Positions 57,851-64,000 of a stretch of DNA of 64,000 bases are shown in pieces. The notes under the pieces were generated by a model, which was not told where the DNA came from, did no database searches, and saw only the letters and a program-made list of their open reading frames with translations. The stretch spans positions 8,770 through 72,769 of the forward strand of contig CAZTRP010000014.1 in NCBI GenBank assembly GCA_964616705.1. Reading direction: 5' to 3'. Source of the DNA: an uncultured Pseudobdellovibrionaceae bacterium. Its GTDB lineage: Bacteria > Bdellovibrionota > FAC87 > UBA2466. The number at the start of each line of letters is the position of its first letter. Within the stretch, counting starts at the first letter, position 1. Made by a program: the position numbers and the translations under genes.

Positions 57851-58777
57851 TTATTTCGCAGAGTTGGGCGCGAGCGAAACTTTTTGCATTTTAAATTCGT
57901 TTATCTTTGATTGGATTGTTTGGCCTTTGAGGGAAGCAGTGACGCGGGCGTAGTAGGTCCCCGGAAGATTTACCAGCAGTAACTGTCCTGAAGCTGCATC
58001 GTTCGATCCAATTTTGGCAGAGAAATTCTTAAATCGTGATACTTCCAAACTATATTTTACTCCGGGGAGCGGGATCGTCGACCAAGTGAAATCCACCCAT
58101 AGCGACGTTCGGGGGAGGCTGCTTTTGTCTGGAGGTGATTTTAGATGCAGATTGTAGTGAGAAAGCTGGTCGAGTGGCTTTGTAATGGCTTCAGCGACTT
58201 TTCTGGTGGGTAACAGTTTTGGGGTTGCTCTGGTTAAAACGGGGATCTCGTCAAGCGCCTCCAGATTCAGCGGATTACGTGCCTCGGGTTTCTTTGAACA
58301 CGCATAGATCATTCTGCTAAAACTTTCCGCGTCAAACGGCTTTGAGTTCCCAAGCACAATGCCCACTTGGTTAGTCTTTGAGCCTAGGTCGATAAGTTTT
58401 ACCAGCGAGTTTGATTGAAGATCGAGAGTGGTTCCGTCGGTTAGCTCGATATATGCCTTCGATCCTTCGGGGGTAAAAATACTATCGCGTTCGTAAACCG
58501 GAGACTCCCCGTCTAGTTCGTTCCATTCAAGAGATCTGCCGGCACGGTAATGAATGGTTCCCTGAGGGACCAACGTACCTATGGATGTACTTGAGGACTG
58601 ATAGCTACGCCCTGAATCTTTTCCAAAAAGGACCCAAAAAAGACCTAGTCCAATGGTGGCCATGAGGATCAGGCGAAGGTCCTGCGCTCGGGCTTGTGCT
58701 AGCTCTTTTTTTAGCTCTTTTGATTCCATGGGATCTCTATTCATCGCATCGGTATAAGCTGTCGAAACCTTTAACAA
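57851..58777 (-). CDS. Membrane-anchored periplasmic protein with a FecR-like domain.
   Basis: It has a single N-terminal TM. '...PEGSKAYIELTDGTTLDLQSNSLVKL...' resembles the FecR sensor fold. Confidence 0.4.
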   Translation of the reverse strand: MLKVSTAYTDAMNRDPMESKELKKELAQARAQDLRLILMATIGLGLFWVLFGKDSGRSYQSSSTSIGTLVPQGTIHYRAGRSLEWNELDGESPVYERDSIFTPEGSKAYIELTDGTTLDLQSNSLVKLIDLGSKTNQVGIVLGNSKPFDAESFSRMIYACSKKPEARNPLNLEALDEIPVLTRATPKLLPTRKVAEAITKPLDQLSHYNLHLKSPPDKSSLPRTSLWVDFTWSTIPLPGVKYSLEVSRFKNFSAKIGSNDAASGQLLLVNLPGTYYARVTASLKGQTIQSKINEFKMQKVSLAPNSAK

Positions 58778-58875
58778 TCTAGCAAGTTTGTGGAAGCTCG
58801 CAGGTGAGCGCCCTTGACCTAACGCGCCTTGTCAGATTCGCAATCCCGGTATACTTCTCAACGATTGGAGGTTTG

Positions 58876-59925
58876 ATGCCTTTTCAGCGCCGTTCCATAG
58901 GTCTTTTAGCGGTATTTCTGGCCGGAGGAGTTTTTGCGGAACCGTGGAAGGAGTTCATAGACCAAAAGACGACTTTCTTTAGCGCAATGGATGCGGCGGG
59001 CGAATTGGAAGTCCTAAGCCGAGGAACGAAGGTGCCGCTGAAAAGCTTAAGTCCAAGGGAAATTCAGTCGGTTCGCCTTGAGCTTGAATCCCTTTGGGTG
59101 GCAGATCCAGCAAAAGCGGGTGGAGATGAAAGCATTCGAAACATGCTTCGGGCCATTCGATACCGGTTAGGGCCTAATCTATCTCCTGCAATGGCACATA
59201 CCTGGACAATGCGCGCGGTGATCGTTCCCGAAATCAAGGTGGAATGGAAGGATGTAGATGGAACCCAAAAGGTATTTCACGCGAAAGTGAAGGATATTTC
59301 CCGGTGGGAGAAAGATGTACGTCGAGAAATGGAATACTTAAGCGACCTCGTTTTTGTTCGCTCCTGGGGAAAAATACTTCTAAAGGGCGAAGTGCGAACC
59401 TCTAAGCGAATCATTGATAAACTGATGCCCCACACCGACAAGTCCGATCCGTCGGCTCCCGTGGTTCGCTACCTGGTAGAGCCTGCTCAGGTCAAGAAAC
59501 TGATAGATGACACGTTTCCCGGGGAGGCATCGCGCAGCTGCATGATCTGGGTGCCTGAAGACGGCACCGGTGATGTCCCTCCGTGGGTGGGGCCTGCCTA
59601 TACAGGTTCGGATAAACCCACTTTGGACGGAGAAATCATCACCGCCGTTCACACTACAGACCAGCGCCTTTCAAGGCCCCACGGATGGGCAAAAAAGGAC
59701 GCAGGGGGATTGGTGCATGAATTCTGGCATCACATCCAAAACTGGCTCGCGGATGAAACTAAGTTTTCTGGTTTTGTTGTCGACAACCACGACGATGCCC
59801 ATCGGTTGAGAATGGAGGCAGAAATAAAGGCTCAGAAGCTACCCATGCCTTTCCTGTCGTACGCAGAGTATTTGGGGGCACTTCCCACAGAGTCGATGTT
59901 AGAAGCCGCGAATCTTCGCCCATAA
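58876..59925 (+). CDS. Secreted hypothetical protein with an HExxH zincin-like motif.
   Basis: It has a signal peptide after a GGAGG RBS and the ATG at 58876. 'GGLVHEFWHHIQ' contains HEFWH. Confidence 0.5.
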   Translation: MPFQRRSIGLLAVFLAGGVFAEPWKEFIDQKTTFFSAMDAAGELEVLSRGTKVPLKSLSPREIQSVRLELESLWVADPAKAGGDESIRNMLRAIRYRLGPNLSPAMAHTWTMRAVIVPEIKVEWKDVDGTQKVFHAKVKDISRWEKDVRREMEYLSDLVFVRSWGKILLKGEVRTSKRIIDKLMPHTDKSDPSAPVVRYLVEPAQVKKLIDDTFPGEASRSCMIWVPEDGTGDVPPWVGPAYTGSDKPTLDGEIITAVHTTDQRLSRPHGWAKKDAGGLVHEFWHHIQNWLADETKFSGFVVDNHDDAHRLRMEAEIKAQKLPMPFLSYAEYLGALPTESMLEAANLRP

Positions 59926-59998
59926 GGGAAAAGTTTTGCGGTGGCCAGAGGCTTCGCGCTTTACAACAGGCCCCATTTTTGGAAGTATCCCGGTTTAT

Positions 59999-60074
59999 TC
60001 CCGGGTAGCTCAGTTGGTAGAGCAGGTGGCTGTTAACCACCCTGTCGGGGGTTCGAATCCCTCCCCGGGAGCCA
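59999..60074 (+). tRNA. tRNA-Asn (anticodon GTT).
   Basis: The cloverleaf is TCCCGGG-TA-GCTC-AGTTGGTA-GAGC-A-GGTGG-CTGTTAA-CCACC-CTGTC-GGGGG-TTCGAAT-CCCTC-CCCGGGA-G-CCA. All stems pair, with one G-U pair in the T-stem. The CCA end is encoded. Confidence 0.9.
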
Positions 60075-62105
60075 TTAATTCCCCACCACCCGTCGAATCT
60101 CTTCAATAGTTTTAGTCGCCTGCTCCCTTACAACCGGATCGCTGCTCTTTGTGAAGGGTACAAGTTTTTCGATTACTGCAATATTCGCTTCAGCCACGTT
60201 AATGAGTCTTTGGCTTTTTGCCTGATCAGAGTTCAGTTCTGGATCCTGAAATTCCGCCGTCATGTACTCTGCAATAAGTTTGGAGGCTTCCTGCATAGCA
60301 TCTAGCAATCGAACGGGGTTCTTGGCTGAAGACTTCTTAATGTATTGGCCGCGGGGCAAAAAAGCCACCGAGCGATATAAGTAGTCGCTAACTATTTCGT
60401 CAAATTTTGTGCGCGCTACTTCGGCTACAAGCGGATCCGAGTCGCCTACGAAATCATTCAGGACTAACTTAGCGTTTAGATCGGCTCCTATGAAGTAGAA
60501 ATCAATGGCAGTTTGTACGTCGCTTTGCAGGTCGATATTTTCTTTCCCTCTTAGCAGGGAAAAGAACGCTTCAATTAGCGCCCGTGATTCTTTCCATTCC
60601 TTCTCTGTTTCGCTGTTCACAAGATGATCTTTCGCGAGGTTAAAGGCCATGGCCCGCATGTCTTTGTCGTCATCGCTCGTCATGACTTCAGACAGCATCG
60701 CTACTTTGGCAGACGGGGCAGTCTTTCGCTGGTTTAGCATATTCAACGCGGTCATTCGGACTTGTGGATCTTTGGCGTGCAGGCCCACTCGGATCGGTTT
60801 CAGCGTTTCAAGTTCCGGGTTTGAGTTCATGTAGTAGTACGTTTCGTGGAGTTGAAGTCCGTACATTTCCTGGGCGGATTTGAGATTAGAAGTGGCCATT
60901 TCGTTGGACACTAGGTGACGTACTGTCGAGGCATCTTCACCGGAACCATTCCAAATACTCACTGAAATGCCTCGGGCTAGTTCTAGTCCGGCCGTTCGAT
61001 GCTTCAGTTCTTTTGACTCTAATAGCTTTCGAATAGGGATCGCTGGAGAATTGAAATTAGAGATCACCCCGCTCATTCCAACTCGAAACTCGGCCACATC
61101 GGAACTAGCAATTTCAAAAATTCTCTCTGTCACCAAAGCCTCCATCTGCCGATTGAGGCCCTCTACCTTATTATGCTGAATCTTTTTAAGCATAAGGTAG
61201 AAACTGAGGAGGCGATCCCGCGTTACGCCAAACGCATCGAGGTTGCCCGCGGGTGAAGTGGTTCCTGCGTCGAGGAAAGCGGATGCAATCGGTGCCAAAA
61301 GGTTGTCCGGCAGCTGGTCCTCGTAAGTTACAAGGGCGTTGGAGAGCAACTCAAGGAGGTAGGGGTTGGCTGGGTCAACTACTTTCAAGCGAGGATCGCT
61401 TGTGATTTTCGTCACAAAGGCGCTTCGCCAACTATCTGACTTGTTTTGCTCCAGGATGGTCAGAATCTGCATCCATGGTTTGCGCCATTGCTCCACCGGC
61501 GATAGCATCATTTTGGAGAATATTTTATCGGCCTGTGGCAGGACTACCGAGGAGGCCTCGGATCCCAAAGTAGAAAGTAGGGGGTAGTAAACTAGATCGA
61601 ACTCTTCTTCTGTGAGTGCTGAGAGTCTTTCTGCGAGAGCTAACTCTACGAGAACCCCTCGGTCTCCGAAAGTTCGAAAATCGAACGCCTTCCGTCCATC
61701 GTCATTGGAGAGCGAACTCTTGATGTAGGCATTCTGCAATGACTCGTCGTTTGGAGATGCGAGTAAGGCGATGTTTTCTGCGAAAAACTTTTCTTCGTTG
61801 GTCGAGTCTGGCTTGGTTGCAAGTTCATTCAAAAAAATATTTGCCAGCTTTGGTGGGTCAATCTGGGCAATCACCTGAAGCATCGCAATCTTGATATTTT
61901 TATCGGTCTGTTTGAGGTAGGCAGACTTTAGGTCGTCAAAGCACTTCGTGCCCTGCGAAGCTAGCTTCCGAATCGCTGATTTGTTCGCAGGCTCTGCTAT
62001 CAAGCGGCTAAGGTCGCAACCGCCAAAAGCGCCGCTGCCAATATATAAACAAAAGAAAGTTAATAAATAGAAAGTAGTGTTTTGAATCTTGAGAAAAGTA
62101 GGCAT
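60075..62105 (-). CDS. Secreted, possibly lipidated, alpha-helical repeat protein (HEAT/ARM-like).
   Basis: It has the signal peptide 'MPTFLKIQNTTFYLLTFFCLYIGSGAFGGC' and a long all-alpha repeat-like sequence. The start is set at the Met preceded by a GGGAG RBS. Its stop abuts the tRNA-Asn 3' end. Confidence 0.5.
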   Translation of the reverse strand: MPTFLKIQNTTFYLLTFFCLYIGSGAFGGCDLSRLIAEPANKSAIRKLASQGTKCFDDLKSAYLKQTDKNIKIAMLQVIAQIDPPKLANIFLNELATKPDSTNEEKFFAENIALLASPNDESLQNAYIKSSLSNDDGRKAFDFRTFGDRGVLVELALAERLSALTEEEFDLVYYPLLSTLGSEASSVVLPQADKIFSKMMLSPVEQWRKPWMQILTILEQNKSDSWRSAFVTKITSDPRLKVVDPANPYLLELLSNALVTYEDQLPDNLLAPIASAFLDAGTTSPAGNLDAFGVTRDRLLSFYLMLKKIQHNKVEGLNRQMEALVTERIFEIASSDVAEFRVGMSGVISNFNSPAIPIRKLLESKELKHRTAGLELARGISVSIWNGSGEDASTVRHLVSNEMATSNLKSAQEMYGLQLHETYYYMNSNPELETLKPIRVGLHAKDPQVRMTALNMLNQRKTAPSAKVAMLSEVMTSDDDKDMRAMAFNLAKDHLVNSETEKEWKESRALIEAFFSLLRGKENIDLQSDVQTAIDFYFIGADLNAKLVLNDFVGDSDPLVAEVARTKFDEIVSDYLYRSVAFLPRGQYIKKSSAKNPVRLLDAMQEASKLIAEYMTAEFQDPELNSDQAKSQRLINVAEANIAVIEKLVPFTKSSDPVVREQATKTIEEIRRVVGN

Positions 62106-62269
62106 ACGTAAGGCTCCCGTCCTGCTGAGACAGAGCGCTAGATACCTGAGCGGCACATTAAATTCAATGTACTATTCAAATTGAAGGGAAGGGTAGCGAG
62201 AGAGGCTGGTAAGGACCCCTAAATACAGACTTTTTAAGGTTCGACCCAGCCCCAAAAAATCCAAAGGCC

Positions 62270-62848
62270 CTAGGCCCGTAGCGACTTAAAAATGCCCTTT
62301 GAGACTTCTTTGAGTGTGTCAAACACGCCCAGCCCTTGAATGGCCACGGCTTCGAGCTCGGGGGCATCGAATACGTTCAATTCAGACCGAAGCACTCGAA
62401 GTGGAATAGGGTTTGGAATATCACGTTTGTTGTACTGAAAAACTATCGGTGGACGTACCTCGTAGCCCTCATCTTTCAGGTTCTCCTGAAGGCTCTTCAA
62501 GCTTTCTAGGTTTTCATCCATTCGATCTACCTGCGAGTCCGCCACGAAGACGATGCCGTCGACTCCTTTGAGAACCATCCGTCGGCTTGCATCGTAAAAC
62601 TGTTGTCCCGGGACCGTGTAAAGGTGGAAGCGGGTGCGAAAACCCTTTATGTCGCCAATATTAAGAGGCAAGAAATCAAAAAAAAGTGTGCGTTCTGTCT
62701 CGTTCGGCAGCGAAACCATTTTCCCGCGGTGATCGGGCGCTGTTTGTCCATAGATGTACTGCAGGTTGGTGGTTTTCCCACCCATCCCTGGGCCGTAATA
62801 AACTAATTTGCAGATGATTTCTCTGGCGGCGTAGTTGATAAACGACAT
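62270..62848 (-). CDS. mglA: Ras-like small GTPase MglA.
   Basis: It is near-collinear with Myxococcus MglA: 'MSFINYAAREIICKLVYYGPGMGGKTTNLQYIY...TRFHLYTVPGQQFYDASRRMVLKGVDGIVFVADSQ...QYNKRDIPN'. The start is taken at the MSFINY Met. An alternative start lies 36 nt upstream. Confidence 0.85.
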   Translation of the reverse strand: MSFINYAAREIICKLVYYGPGMGGKTTNLQYIYGQTAPDHRGKMVSLPNETERTLFFDFLPLNIGDIKGFRTRFHLYTVPGQQFYDASRRMVLKGVDGIVFVADSQVDRMDENLESLKSLQENLKDEGYEVRPPIVFQYNKRDIPNPIPLRVLRSELNVFDAPELEAVAIQGLGVFDTLKEVSKGIFKSLRA

Positions 62849-62923
62849 CCTGCCATTGTAGGGGATGAAGTGCTGCGTAGACAACGTCGTTGTGCGATGA
62901 GTTTTGCGCGGCGCGTTTTTTGA

Positions 62924-63532
62924 CTAGAGTGCCACTCGGTTTTGTAGCGCTTTTCCTAGAGTGGCGCCGTCTAGGTATTCAATCTCTGCTCCAACGGGGA
63001 TTCCATGGGCTATGCGACTTACTTTAAGGCCCGTTTGTTTTATTAGGCGTGCAATGTAAAGAGCCGTGGTATCGCCTTCTACCGTCGGGTTGGTTGCTAA
63101 AATCACTTCTTTAATGAGGCCCTCTTTCAAGCGGTCTTGAAGCTTTTGTATTTTTAGCTTTCCCTCGTTCATGCCGTCGAGAGGCGAGAGTACCCCATGA
63201 AGTACATGGTATTTCCCCTGGAATTGCCGACTTTTTTCAAAAGCCGCCAAATCTGAAGGTTCTTCTACTACACACAGAATTTCATTGGAGCGCTGTGGGT
63301 TGAGACAAAGAGCGCAAGTAGGGCTTTCGGTGAAATTGCAGCACTCGGAGCAGGAGTGAAGAGAGCGACGAGCGACCTGAATGCTCTCGGCAAGGCTATG
63401 AGCGAAGTCTTCTGGTTGTCGCAGAATAAAATAGGCTAAGCGAGTGGCTGTTTTGTTGCCAATGCCAGGCAGATTTTTCAACTCACTGATCAGGGTATCT
63501 AAAGGAGTGAGGCCGGTTGTTTCCTTCTCCAC
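62924..63532 (-). CDS. recR: Recombination protein RecR.
   Basis: It has the HhH 'LPGIGNKTATRLAYFIL', the C4 zinc finger 'CSEC...CALC' and a Toprim domain. Confidence 0.9.
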   Translation of the reverse strand: MEKETTGLTPLDTLISELKNLPGIGNKTATRLAYFILRQPEDFAHSLAESIQVARRSLHSCSECCNFTESPTCALCLNPQRSNEILCVVEEPSDLAAFEKSRQFQGKYHVLHGVLSPLDGMNEGKLKIQKLQDRLKEGLIKEVILATNPTVEGDTTALYIARLIKQTGLKVSRIAHGIPVGAEIEYLDGATLGKALQNRVAL

Positions 63533-63534
63533 TT

Positions 63535-63864
63535 TTAACTCATACCTTTAAGGAGTGAACTCAGCGGGCCTAAGTCTCCCGCCATTCGTGACATTTCTTC
63601 GCTTACCATGTTCTGCGATCCTAGTATGGCTTGGTTCACTGTTGCCAGCAGGGCGCTTTGTAAGTTCTCGCGTTCGGTATTTTTAAAAAAATCGGGTTCG
63701 ATAGTAAGAGATAAAATCTGTTGTTTTCCATTTGCGACGACTTTTATTTTGCCGTCTGCGCTGGTTACTTCCATGGTGCGCGACTTAAGGACTTCTTGAA
63801 CGCGTCCCATTTCTGAGCGTACTTTTTGTGCTTGCTGAACGAACTCTCCAAGGCCTTTAAACAT
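63535..63864 (-). CDS. ybaB: Nucleoid-associated protein YbaB/EbfC.
   Basis: It is 109 aa with 'MFKGLGEFVQQAQKVRSEM' and 'KIKVVANGKQQILSLTIEP'. It lies in the conserved dnaX-ybaB-recR context. Confidence 0.85.
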   Translation of the reverse strand: MFKGLGEFVQQAQKVRSEMGRVQEVLKSRTMEVTSADGKIKVVANGKQQILSLTIEPDFFKNTERENLQSALLATVNQAILGSQNMVSEEMSRMAGDLGPLSSLLKGMS

Positions 63865-63866
63865 TT

Positions 63867-64000
63867 TTAGATCTCCACGTTTACGTCGACGACCTCAGCA
63901 CCAAGAGCTTCCTTTACCTGTAATACGGAAGGGTGTTCTAAGGAGTCTTTTTTTATACGAGCCGTCTCGTCCTGTCGGTTCTTCTCAATGCTGCGAACGT
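63867..64000 (-). CDS. 3' end of an upstream gene running off the window, most likely dnaX (DNA polymerase III tau/gamma). The call rests on synteny only.
   Basis: The minus-strand frame is open and ends with '...PSVLQVKEALGAEVVDVNVEI*' at 63867-63869. The product is inferred only from the dnaX-ybaB-recR arrangement. Confidence 0.35.
   Translation of the reverse strand, partial: VRSIEKNRQDETARIKKDSLEHPSVLQVKEALGAEVVDVNVEI

Noticed and set aside
62176-62367. A 63-aa minus-strand ORF downstream of mglA.
   Set aside because: It overlaps the 3' end of mglA in another frame, with no RBS. It is likely spurious.

Overview
The window is 64 kb of a bacterial chromosome with about 50% GC. Gene content suggests a Bdellovibrio-like or deltaproteobacterial lineage; this is inference only, not something I could verify. 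Coding density is high and runs on both strands. The six-frame track resolves into about 60 genes.

The conserved housekeeping backbone reads rho(partial)-lspA-lspA-tig-clpP-clpX-lon, then metK, RNase J, proC, citrate synthase, pcrA/uvrD, gatCAB, gmd, bolA-grxD, aguBA, and dnaX(partial)-ybaB-recR-mglA. There are two tRNAs: tRNA-Val(TAC) on the minus strand and tRNA-Asn(GTT) on the plus strand.

Interspersed in this backbone:
- A complete type IIB topoisomerase gene pair (Topo VI B then A, with a 4-nt overlap) sits at 17766-20662. This is rare in Bacteria and is the most striking item in the window.
- An envelope-glycosylation island lies beside gmd at 32487-38707. It carries several large polytopic membrane proteins (possible GT-C glycosyltransferases), a Dpm1/GtrB-like polyprenyl-phosphate-sugar synthase, GT2, a SAM methyltransferase and a stand-alone DsbD-N domain protein. 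A GT22/Alg9-like mannosyltransferase with the HKEERF motif and a DUF2029/GT87-like protein lie elsewhere in the window.
- A Wzx/Wzy-type polysaccharide locus spans 46228-55843: GT4, AsnB-like amidotransferase, Wzy-like, Wza-like, GT2, Wzc-like and a WbpA-like dehydrogenase. It is followed by a HAMP-PP2C phosphatase.
- A divergent pair of a motif-permuted N6/N4 DNA methyltransferase and a MazG-like NTP pyrophosphohydrolase sits at 43897-45116.
- A roughly 200-bp structure with about 50-nt imperfect inverted-repeat arms lies in the 38.7-39.1 kb intergenic gap.
- mglA appears without an adjacent mglB.

No CRISPR array, integrase or transposase was recognised. All identifications rest on motif-level reading of the translations; no database search was possible.
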